Shown here: piece by piece, positions 36,509-45,282 of the stretch
Position numbering within the stretch: the stretch's first letter is position 1
Layout of the letters: each line of letters begins with the position of its first letter
From: Bacilli bacterium
GTDB taxonomy: Bacteria > Bacillota_I > Bacilli_A > ML615J-28 > CAG-698
Direction of reading: 5' to 3'
Length of the DNA: 52,293 nucleotides
Assembly (NCBI GenBank): GCA_050177775.1
Contig: JBFXGS010000002.1
Location: 1 to 52,293, forward strand
Made by a program: the position numbers and the translations under genes
Notes under the pieces: generated by a model
What the model was told of the DNA's origin: nothing
Seen by the model: the letters and a program-made list of their open reading frames with translations, nothing else
Database searches by the model: none

Positions 36509-37285
36509 ATGAAATTTTGTACGATTGCTAGTGGATCAAAAGGCAACATGACTTTTGTTTCTTCAAACGCGACCAAAATTGTCATTGATGCGGGAATTTC
36601 CCATCTTGAAGCCGAAAAAAGACTTGAGGGGAAAGATATTGACTTAAACAATTTAGATGCCGTGTTGGTTACTCACGAGCATGGTGATCATGTCAAGTTC
36701 TTAGCAACTTTTCTCAAAAAAACGCATGCTCATTTATATATTAGTGCTTTATCTTATCAAAAACTCGATCAAGACACCAAGAATCGGTTAACCAATCATC
36801 AAGTCCATTTTATTGAAGCTAACAAGCGATACCAAATAAAGGATTTTGAGTTTTTAACACTCAAACTATCCCATGACAGTGCAAATATTTTTGGGTTCGT
36901 TTTTATTGAAAAAGCCATTAGGTTAGCTTATATTGCCGATACCGGTTTCTTTCCGTTACATTATCTTGATTTAATTAAACAAGTTGATGGGTTAATCATC
37001 GAATCAAATCACGATGTGGAAATGCTGTTGGAAAGCAGTCGACCGACCCTTTTGAAAGAACGAATTCTTTCTCCCCTTGGACATATGTCCAACTTTATTT
37101 GCCAACAAATCTTAAGTGCGATCATAACTGATCGTCATCGGGTGATTTTACTCGCCCACATTAGTGAAGAGTGTAATGACCTAGACATCATTAAAAGGGA
37201 TATCATTGATACTATTCCCAAAAGCGCCCACCTTGAAGTTGCCGTTGCCATGCAATGGGAACCTTCAAAAGTTTATGAATTATAA
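36509..37285 (+). CDS. MBL-fold metallo-hydrolase (YycJ/WalJ-like)
   Basis: 'VLVTHEHGDHV' HxHxDH motif, 'YIADTG' and the late 'GHMSN' motif. 258 aa. Confidence 0.85.
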   Translation: MKFCTIASGSKGNMTFVSSNATKIVIDAGISHLEAEKRLEGKDIDLNNLDAVLVTHEHGDHVKFLATFLKKTHAHLYISALSYQKLDQDTKNRLTNHQVHFIEANKRYQIKDFEFLTLKLSHDSANIFGFVFIEKAIRLAYIADTGFFPLHYLDLIKQVDGLIIESNHDVEMLLESSRPTLLKERILSPLGHMSNFICQQILSAIITDRHRVILLAHISEECNDLDIIKRDIIDTIPKSAHLEVAVAMQWEPSKVYEL

Positions 37286-37312
37286 TTTTTATTTAAGGCA
37301 AGGAGAATACCT

Positions 37313-39748
37313 ATGAAAAAAATACTTTTTACCCTCTTGTTACTGTTCGTTGTTACAACAAGTTTTGGATGTAAAAACGAAAACAACAATTTACCATCCA
37401 TCTCTAATCCAACCAGTGATTACTTTACGGTAGTTGAGGGGGGAACAACTTATTCCACAACTCGGGAAACGATTTACAATCGTCTTAAAAACCAAGTTGG
37501 GTTAACAACGATGCTTGATATGATTGATACGGATTTACTAAAAGCAACCAGTAAAGATAGTACCAATTATTGGGATGCCATCACCACGGAACAAATATTA
37601 ACGGCCATTGATGAAGCAGTTTTCCCAAGTGGAAAAGAAGGACTAACGGAAGAAGAAATTAATGAGCAATTAGATAATCATTATAATTCATTACTATTAA
37701 ACTCAGGTTTGTTAGCGATGAGTGATATTCATGATTATTACCATTTAACATTAGCCAAGAAATTATATGTGGAAGACATTGTTAGAGCCCGTTATTCGGA
37801 AAAAGATTTTACCGATACCGAATATGAAAACACCTATAATAATTCTTATAAACCAACCTATCATGCGCTAATTGTGACTTATCCAACGCAAAAAACAATG
37901 GATGATGCCTTATTACAATCGGGTGTGAAAATCGTTGGTGGTGTATGGCAATCCGCTAGTACGCAAGTAGCACTGACTAATCAAGAAGTAGTCGCAACCC
38001 TAATTGCACTTTATAACAATCAACATGCTCATGAAGTACCCACTTATCCGGTTGCTACTTTAAGTCTAGTTGACGGAGAACATTATGCTTCTACCTCCGG
38101 AACAATTGCGTTTGATTTAGATAAAATTGATAATTTAGAATACACTTATTCAGAATTAAATAACTTCCAAGTGGAATTGATAAACTTATTCAATAAAATG
38201 GATAGCTATCCGGGAACAGATTTTTACACTAGTACCCCGAAAGTTTATAAAAACGGGTCACGTTATTTATTAGCGATGAAGATTGCCCAAAATCAACCAA
38301 CTTTGGAAAGTGTAAAATCCGAAATTCGTGAAAAGTTAATTAAAGCAACGGTTACCTCGACTTTAATTGAAACGGAAACAATTAATTTAAGAGCCGCACA
38401 TGGTTTGAAAATATATGATAATCCGCTGGAAACAACCTATGTTTCAAAAGTCGAAACAGCTAAATTAACTTTTAAAACAACGAGAAAAACAAGTAATAAT
38501 GTTGTCTGTGAAACAGATGTTGAAGAATACACGGCTGATGATTTGTTTGAAAAAATGAACCGTCACTATGGAATTAACATTTCGATTAGTGAACTTGATT
38601 ATTTACGTTTGATTAACAGTCGCTCTTTTAACAACATTTATAACATAGATACTAAAACGATTTTAGACCAAACCGCTTGGGATGTCATTTTGCAACAAGT
38701 AAAAGATGAAAAAGCCAATTTCAACAATGATGTTTATGCTGATTATGGCTATCCTAAATCCTATGGTTGGACTAAATTCTTACAAAACATCTACAGTGTC
38801 AGCAGTGAAGAAGAATTAGCTCATTATTATTTATATTTAGAGATTCGTGATCGCTATACGGAATCGCTTGGCGATTTAAGCGAAGCAACATCCACAACCC
38901 CAATGTGGTTGTTCTACCAAGCCCAAATGCAAAAAATGGTTGATGATTATTATAAAGTTAAAGGCGTTCATCTGTTAATCGCTAAGTATGAAGGAACAAC
39001 CATGGTTAATCCCGAAGAATGGACGGAAAACCAAATTGCGATGGCTGAAGAATTCTATCAAGCAATCATGAACTACTTAAAAACCGAATCAGGAACATAT
39101 ATCGAAAAATTGCAAGCTTTGGAATTAGCTTTTGAAAAAGCTCCGGTTTTTGTTGCCAGCAAACCACAAACAACAGCCGGACAAGATGTGATTGCGGGAA
39201 TAAACTATACTTATAAAGGAATCGAAATTTCCAAATATAAATCAGCCGGTTTGAGCATTATATACCAAGATTTAGGCACTTTCGCAAATGGAACCATGGT
39301 TGCCAAATTCTCAGATGCCGTAAGAGTTTTATGGAAAGCTAATCCTACTTCGAAGACCCCGACTGTTTATGGATTGAACCCAACTAATCTAGGGGTTTGG
39401 TCATATATTGTCACCGAGTTTGGTTATCATGTGTATGTCAATTTAGAGAGCTTTGCCTTAAGTGGTTGGGAAGTTAACAAATACATTCCAACTCTTGAAC
39501 AAATCCAACTGTATATTGAAGATTCAACAACCGATGGATTAACAACTGCTCAAAAAGCGGCGATTACAACTTACTACATGCCGATTAAAACGGAATTAGT
39601 CGGGCAAAACAATGTCTCAGCTAATTCTTATCGTCAAATGATGGCAGCAAATATCAATTTCCAAATGCCTACTTTCACAAACGCTGATTTCTTAAGACAA
39701 ATGCAAGCCAAACTTGAGACTTATGAAGACCAATTAAAATATCGATAA
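37313..39748 (+). CDS. large lipoprotein, internally duplicated PrsA/SurA-like (degenerate parvulin-type) foldase homolog, paralog 2
   Basis: AAGGAGAA RBS. Lipobox 'TSFGC'. 'VKGVHLLIAKYEG' and 'VTEFGYHVYVN' are parvulin-like segments. Collinear with paralog 1. Confidence 0.65.
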   Translation: MKKILFTLLLLFVVTTSFGCKNENNNLPSISNPTSDYFTVVEGGTTYSTTRETIYNRLKNQVGLTTMLDMIDTDLLKATSKDSTNYWDAITTEQILTAIDEAVFPSGKEGLTEEEINEQLDNHYNSLLLNSGLLAMSDIHDYYHLTLAKKLYVEDIVRARYSEKDFTDTEYENTYNNSYKPTYHALIVTYPTQKTMDDALLQSGVKIVGGVWQSASTQVALTNQEVVATLIALYNNQHAHEVPTYPVATLSLVDGEHYASTSGTIAFDLDKIDNLEYTYSELNNFQVELINLFNKMDSYPGTDFYTSTPKVYKNGSRYLLAMKIAQNQPTLESVKSEIREKLIKATVTSTLIETETINLRAAHGLKIYDNPLETTYVSKVETAKLTFKTTRKTSNNVVCETDVEEYTADDLFEKMNRHYGINISISELDYLRLINSRSFNNIYNIDTKTILDQTAWDVILQQVKDEKANFNNDVYADYGYPKSYGWTKFLQNIYSVSSEEELAHYYLYLEIRDRYTESLGDLSEATSTTPMWLFYQAQMQKMVDDYYKVKGVHLLIAKYEGTTMVNPEEWTENQIAMAEEFYQAIMNYLKTESGTYIEKLQALELAFEKAPVFVASKPQTTAGQDVIAGINYTYKGIEISKYKSAGLSIIYQDLGTFANGTMVAKFSDAVRVLWKANPTSKTPTVYGLNPTNLGVWSYIVTEFGYHVYVNLESFALSGWEVNKYIPTLEQIQLYIEDSTTDGLTTAQKAAITTYYMPIKTELVGQNNVSANSYRQMMAANINFQMPTFTNADFLRQMQAKLETYEDQLKYR

Positions 39749-39752
39749 ACCA

Positions 39753-39778
39753 AAACTCCGGTTATTCCGGAGTTTTTA
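39753..39778 (+). terminator. rho-independent terminator after paralog 2
   Basis: AAACTCCGG-TTATT-CCGGAGTTT followed by TTAT. Confidence 0.85.
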
Positions 39779-39793
39779 TCAAATGATTTATTC

Positions 39794-39822
39794 TTGAAAA
39801 AATACGATTTATAACGTATAAT
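39794..39822 (+). promoter_or_regulatory. promoter of uvrB
   Basis: TTGAAA, 17-nt spacer, TATAAT. Confidence 0.7.
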
Positions 39823-39845
39823 CATATAATATAAGAGGAAAAAAC

Positions 39846-41825
39846 ATGAGTGTATTTAAACTGCATAGTGACTATGTTCCAACTGGGGATCAACCTGAAG
39901 CCATCAAGAAATTAGTCGGTAATTTAGAAATTGGCGCCAAAGAACAAACGCTTTTAGGAGCAACCGGAACGGGAAAGACGTTCACTATTGCCAATGTCAT
40001 TGCGCAAATCGGAAAAAAAACGTTAGTTTTAGCTCACAATAAAACGTTGGCTGCGCAATTATATAGTGAATTAAAAGCCTTTTTTCCGGAAAACCGGGTT
40101 GAATATTTTATCTCTTATTATGATTATTATCAACCAGAAGCTTATGTTGCGAAAAAAGATTTATATATTGAAAAGGATTCCGATATCAATGAAGATATCG
40201 ATCAAATGCGTCACAGCACGGTGAGTTCTTTAATGGAACGGGACGATGTGATTGTTGTTGCCAGTGTTTCTTGTATTTATGGAATTGGTGATCCAGAAGA
40301 TTATAAGGGGAAAATCTTAACGGTTCGTCAAGGTCAAGTTATCAGACGTGAAGAACTAATGGAACGACTAATCAACATGCAGTATGAACGCAATGATTAT
40401 GATTTTAAACGTGGTTCTTTTCGAATAAAAGGAGAATCTTTAGATATTATTCCCACTTATGAAAAAGACCAAGCCATCAGATTGGAATTCTTTGATGACG
40501 AGATTGAAAAAATTAAAATAATTGATACCGTAACCGGACGAGCACTTGTGGAAAAAACGATTGCCAATATTTTTCCGGCAACGCTTTTTGCGATCGGTGA
40601 TGAAAAATTAAAAGAAGCCATTCGAAGAATTAAAGAAGAACTGGCGGAACGAATTACTTATTTTGAAAACAATAAGAAATTACTTGAAGCCGAACGTATT
40701 AAACAACGAACAGAGTATGATATCGAAATGCTTGAAGAAGTTGGTAGTTGTAGCGGTGTTGAAAATTATTCCCGTCACTTAAGTTTAAGAGGCGAAGGAG
40801 AAACGCCTTATACGTTACTGGATTTTTTTGCGAAAGACTTTTTATTAGTGATTGATGAATCCCATGTTACTTTGCCTCAGGTTCGTGGTATGTATCACGG
40901 AGACCGTTCCCGAAAGCAAAGTTTAGTTGATTATGGATTTCGCTTACCATCAGCTTTAGACAATCGCCCGTTAACTTTTTCGGAGTTCTACGGGAAACTT
41001 GATCAAATCATCTATGTCAGTGCCACCCCCAGTGATTTTGAGAAGAACCGCAGTCTTAGTGTTGTTGAACAAATCATTCGACCGACGGGTTTACTCGATC
41101 CACTGGTTGAAGTCAGACCGACGGATGGCCAAATTGATGATTTAATTAAAGAAATAAACCAGCGGATTTTAGCAAATGAACGCATTCTAATTCTTACCTT
41201 AACGATTAAAATGAGTGAAGACCTAACAAAATACTTAAAAGAACTAGATTACAAAGTTGCTTATTTACATTCAGAAATAAAATCACTTGAACGTCTGGAA
41301 ATAATCAGAGCACTTCGTCAAGGTAAATTTGACATTCTGGTGGGAATCAATTTGTTGCGTGAAGGATTAGATATTCCGGAAGTATCTTTAATTGCTATTT
41401 TAGATGCCGACAAAGAAGGCTTTTTAAGAAGTGATACTTCTTTAATTCAAACGATTGGTCGGGCCGCTCGAAATGTTAACGGGAAAGTAATTTTATATGC
41501 CAATACGGTGACGGGTTCGATGGAAAGAGCGATTGTGGAAACATATCGCAGGCGATTTATCCAAGATGAGTTTAACAAAAAAAACAACATTACACCAAAA
41601 ACCATTTTTAAACATATCAGTGATAATATTGTGATTACCCGCGAGATTAAAGAAGATAAGAGTTTTGTTGACATGACATCACTTCAAGAAATGAGCAAAC
41701 TTGAAAAACGCAATCTCATTCTTAACTTAGAAATACAAATGAAAGAAGCCGCAAAGAAACTTGATTTCGAACAAGCCATGGCGTTACGCGATATCATCTT
41801 TGAACTAAAAGCGGATTTACGGTAA
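39846..41825 (+). CDS. uvrB: excinuclease ABC subunit B
   Basis: '[17 protein letters not shown]', Walker A 'GATGTGKTF', '[10 protein letters not shown]', 'DESHVT' and the C-terminal UVR motif '[11 protein letters not shown]'. Confidence 0.98.
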   Translation: MSVFKLHSDYVPTGDQPEAIKKLVGNLEIGAKEQTLLGATGTGKTFTIANVIAQIGKKTLVLAHNKTLAAQLYSELKAFFPENRVEYFISYYDYYQPEAYVAKKDLYIEKDSDINEDIDQMRHSTVSSLMERDDVIVVASVSCIYGIGDPEDYKGKILTVRQGQVIRREELMERLINMQYERNDYDFKRGSFRIKGESLDIIPTYEKDQAIRLEFFDDEIEKIKIIDTVTGRALVEKTIANIFPATLFAIGDEKLKEAIRRIKEELAERITYFENNKKLLEAERIKQRTEYDIEMLEEVGSCSGVENYSRHLSLRGEGETPYTLLDFFAKDFLLVIDESHVTLPQVRGMYHGDRSRKQSLVDYGFRLPSALDNRPLTFSEFYGKLDQIIYVSATPSDFEKNRSLSVVEQIIRPTGLLDPLVEVRPTDGQIDDLIKEINQRILANERILILTLTIKMSEDLTKYLKELDYKVAYLHSEIKSLERLEIIRALRQGKFDILVGINLLREGLDIPEVSLIAILDADKEGFLRSDTSLIQTIGRAARNVNGKVILYANTVTGSMERAIVETYRRRFIQDEFNKKNNITPKTIFKHISDNIVITREIKEDKSFVDMTSLQEMSKLEKRNLILNLEIQMKEAAKKLDFEQAMALRDIIFELKADLR

Positions 41826-41829
41826 TAAA

Positions 41830-42945
41830 ATGAAGAAAAAAGTAGTTGTAGGATTATCCGGTGGCGTTGACAGTGCGGTTGCTTGCATCAATTTGCTTGA
41901 ACAAGGCTATGAAGTCATCGGCGTCTTTATGCGCAATTGGGATTCTTCTCTTAACAATGATGTGTTAGGTAACCCTCATTTATTTGATGATGTTTGCCCT
42001 CAAGAAAAAGATTATCTTGATGCTCTAAACGTTGCTAATAAATTAGGAATCCCCTTTTTAAGAATTGACTTTGTTCAAGAATATTGGGATGAGGTGTTCC
42101 AATATTTCTTAAATGAATATCGACTTAATCGCACCCCTAATCCCGATATCTTATGTAATAAAGAAATAAAGTTTAAAGCTTTTTTAAATAAAGCGATGGA
42201 GCTAGGAGCGGATTATATCGCCATGGGCCATTATGCAAGAACGGTTTTTGAGCCCAATGTGAAGCTATTACGCGGAATTGATCAAGCTAAAGATCAAAGT
42301 TATTTTTTGTGTCAATTAACCAAAACACAATTAGCAAAAACCTTGTTTCCTATTGGTCATATGTATAAAAAAGATGTTCGTGAGATTGCGAAAAAATATC
42401 ATCTTGAAGTAGCCTCGAAAAAAGATTCAACCGGAGTTTGCTTTATTGGTGAAAGAAATTTTAGGGAATTCTTAAAAAACTATCTTCCTTCACAACCCGG
42501 GGATATTGAAACTATGACTGGAGAAATTGTTGGCGTTCACGAAGGAATTATGTACTATACCATTGGCCAGCGCAAAGGTTTAAAAATCGGCGGAGCCGGT
42601 GAACCTTGGTTTGTGCTCGGAAAAGATGTCAAACGAAACGTTTTATTGGTCGGTCGTGGTGATAACCAGACTTTGCTTTATTCTAATAAAGCGATTGTTG
42701 AACAAGTTAATTGGCTTCTTGATGAAAAACAAAATCAAGTTTGTACAGCCAAATTCCGTTATCGGGGTGTTGACAATCAAGTCTTTATTACTTGGTTAGA
42801 TGAAACAACCCTTCAAGTCAGTTATCCCAACCAAGCAAAAGCCGTTACTCCCGGTCAAGCCGCTGTTTTTTATAACGGCGAAGAGTTAATTGGCGGAGGA
42901 ACGATTGCTTCTGTTTACATGGATCAAGAATTAAGACCTTATTAA
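41830..42945 (+). CDS. mnmA: tRNA 2-thiouridine(34) synthase MnmA
   Basis: PP-loop 'VVVGLSGGVDSAV', 'NPDILCN' and 'KDQSYFL'. Confidence 0.97.
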   Translation: MKKKVVVGLSGGVDSAVACINLLEQGYEVIGVFMRNWDSSLNNDVLGNPHLFDDVCPQEKDYLDALNVANKLGIPFLRIDFVQEYWDEVFQYFLNEYRLNRTPNPDILCNKEIKFKAFLNKAMELGADYIAMGHYARTVFEPNVKLLRGIDQAKDQSYFLCQLTKTQLAKTLFPIGHMYKKDVREIAKKYHLEVASKKDSTGVCFIGERNFREFLKNYLPSQPGDIETMTGEIVGVHEGIMYYTIGQRKGLKIGGAGEPWFVLGKDVKRNVLLVGRGDNQTLLYSNKAIVEQVNWLLDEKQNQVCTAKFRYRGVDNQVFITWLDETTLQVSYPNQAKAVTPGQAAVFYNGEELIGGGTIASVYMDQELRPY

Positions 42946-42955
42946 GGAGTTATGC

Positions 42956-45247
42956 ATGGAAGAATCATTGTATGGTGTCATTTCGAAAGTAACTTATTAT
43001 AATGAAGACACCCATTTTGGAGTTGTGAAAGTCAAACTTGATTATCAAGACCATCGCATTGCCAAGTATAAAGCTAAACTTTTCACAAATATTCTTAATG
43101 TCACGGGAAATTTTGAACGGCAACCCATTGTTGATGAACAATATGATTTCAAAGGTGAATTTGTTACTAATCAGTACGGAATCCAGTTTAAAGCGACCGA
43201 GTGCCAAATCAGAAACGATGACACCCTTGAAGGAGTGATCGCCTTTTTGTCCAGCGATTTATTTCCTGGAATCGGTAAAGTGACGGCCACTAAAATTTTT
43301 CAAACATTAGGTGCGGATTGCTTGGCCAAAATTGAAGAAGACGAAAAGGTCTTAGACCAAATTTCCAATCTTTCGGCCCATCAAAAACAAACGATCTATG
43401 AAACTATAATTGATTTCAAAAAGAATAAGCAAACCTTGATTGGCTTACTTGACTTAGGTATCACCATGCGAACCGCTACGAAAATAATGAAGGTTTTAGG
43501 AAGCGGCGCTTTAGAACAACTAAAAACTAACCCCTATATGTTAATGAATTTAATAGAAGGCTTTGGCTTTCGTCGTTCTGATAAAATTGCTTTAGAAATG
43601 GGTTTTGCAAAAGACAGTGAAATAAGACTGCAAGCCCTATTCCTTTTTTTAATTCGTCAAATTTGTTTTTCATATGGTGATACTTTTGTAGAAATGAGTT
43701 TGCTTTACCAAAAAGCATCGGAAGAATTAAATCGCGAGGAGGAAATTCTTTCCACAACCAATTTTCATGATAATTTAGAAGCACTTGTTAACAATCATCA
43801 AATCATCATTGATGAAAATAAGAATGTTTTTGATTTGCGGTTATATAATTCGGAAATTCTGTTGGCAGAGCGCATCCATACTTTTTTAAACAGCTCCAAT
43901 CAATATGAGTTTTCGAATCAAGATATTGAAAAGACGTTAACAAAAGTGGCTGAGCAAAACCAAATTGAATATGGCGATAAACAAAAAGAAGCCATCGAGA
44001 TGGCTTTGAGAGAACCGATTTGCATCATTACCGGCGGACCGGGAACCGGGAAATCCACCATAATAAAAGGGTTAATTGATTGTATTTTACAATTATATCC
44101 AAGTGAGAACATTCGGGAAAAAATTGGTTTGTTAGCCCCAACAGGACGAGCAGCCAAAAGATTAAAAGAATTAACGGGTTATTCCGCAATGACCATTCAT
44201 AAGTTTTTAGGTTATGAAGGCCATGGCTTTTATCGTTTTGGACCACTTGCGAAAGTCGATGTCAAGATCTTAATTGTTGACGAAGTTTCGATGGTTGATT
44301 TAGGTTTGGCTGCCCGGCTGTTTGGGGCATTAGAAAATGATGTGAAAGTCGTCTTGGTTGGTGATGTAGATCAACTCCCATCCGTCGGGCCGGGTGATGT
44401 ACTAAATGATTTGATTAATTGTAAAGAGATTTCCACAATTCGTCTTACCAAAATTCATCGTCAAGCGGAAGATTCATCAATTGTTGCGCTTGCGCATGAA
44501 ATTAACAATGGCGTTGTTTCCGAATCCATTATGGATCGTCAAAATGATCGCAACTTCCTTAATATGCAAGACAACGACATTATCCCCAATATTTTAAAAA
44601 CGGTTGAACAAGCTCTCAATAAAGGAATGGATTTAATTCGTGATATTCAAGTTTTAGTCCCGATGTATAAGGGTGAAATTGGGATTAATGCCATCAACGT
44701 TAGAATGCAAGAAAAATTTAATCCTTCAAAAGGGCAAGAATTAAAACATATGAACCGGGTTTTCCGAGTCAATGACAAAGTGATTCAATTGGTCAATCGA
44801 AGTGAAAAAAAGGTTATGAATGGGGACATCGGTTTTGTTCTATCCCTTGATTATAGTAATGGCGAGTATCAAGGACTTACCGTGATGTATGACTTTGGAA
44901 GCGTTGATTATACCAAAGAGGAACTTGAAGACATAACCCATGCTTTTGCTATATCCATTCATAAATCCCAAGGCAGTGAGTTTGATTGCGCGATTATTCC
45001 TTTTTCTTATCGCTATTTTGTCATGTTAAAACGCAAACTGATTTATACGGCCGTCACAAGGGCCAAAAAGTATTTGATTATGATGGGAAGCATTGAAGCT
45101 TTTATTCATGGAATTGCCGGAGTTGAAGCTAAGCGAAAGACCAAATTGCAAGAACGTATAACGCAAAACTTGCAGTTATCGATGCCACTTGAACAACTGG
45201 AGTTGTCGGAACTGGATGAGATTACTCCCTATGATTTTATGAAATAA
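42956..45247 (+). CDS. recD2: ATP-dependent RecD2-type DNA helicase
   Basis: Walker A 'ITGGPGTGKST', 'LIVDEVSMVD', 'LVGDVDQLPSVGPG' and 'AISIHKSQGSEF'. N-terminal HhH region. Confidence 0.95.
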   Translation: MEESLYGVISKVTYYNEDTHFGVVKVKLDYQDHRIAKYKAKLFTNILNVTGNFERQPIVDEQYDFKGEFVTNQYGIQFKATECQIRNDDTLEGVIAFLSSDLFPGIGKVTATKIFQTLGADCLAKIEEDEKVLDQISNLSAHQKQTIYETIIDFKKNKQTLIGLLDLGITMRTATKIMKVLGSGALEQLKTNPYMLMNLIEGFGFRRSDKIALEMGFAKDSEIRLQALFLFLIRQICFSYGDTFVEMSLLYQKASEELNREEEILSTTNFHDNLEALVNNHQIIIDENKNVFDLRLYNSEILLAERIHTFLNSSNQYEFSNQDIEKTLTKVAEQNQIEYGDKQKEAIEMALREPICIITGGPGTGKSTIIKGLIDCILQLYPSENIREKIGLLAPTGRAAKRLKELTGYSAMTIHKFLGYEGHGFYRFGPLAKVDVKILIVDEVSMVDLGLAARLFGALENDVKVVLVGDVDQLPSVGPGDVLNDLINCKEISTIRLTKIHRQAEDSSIVALAHEINNGVVSESIMDRQNDRNFLNMQDNDIIPNILKTVEQALNKGMDLIRDIQVLVPMYKGEIGINAINVRMQEKFNPSKGQELKHMNRVFRVNDKVIQLVNRSEKKVMNGDIGFVLSLDYSNGEYQGLTVMYDFGSVDYTKEELEDITHAFAISIHKSQGSEFDCAIIPFSYRYFVMLKRKLIYTAVTRAKKYLIMMGSIEAFIHGIAGVEAKRKTKLQERITQNLQLSMPLEQLELSELDEITPYDFMK

Positions 45248-45273
45248 AAAAAGGGCCACGCGAGGCCCTTTTA
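45246..45273. terminator. bidirectional rho-independent terminator between recD2 and the convergent amidase gene
   Basis: AAAAAAGGGCC-ACGCGA-GGCCCTTTT. Confidence 0.85.
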
Positions 45274-45282
45274 GTTTATTCT

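Noticed and set aside
39846-41825. uvrB is not followed by uvrA (the two are adjacent in many Bacillota); mnmA follows after 4 nt.
   Set aside because: Separation of uvrA and uvrB is common across bacteria and uvrA may lie elsewhere in the genome. It is a synteny note rather than a biological anomaly.
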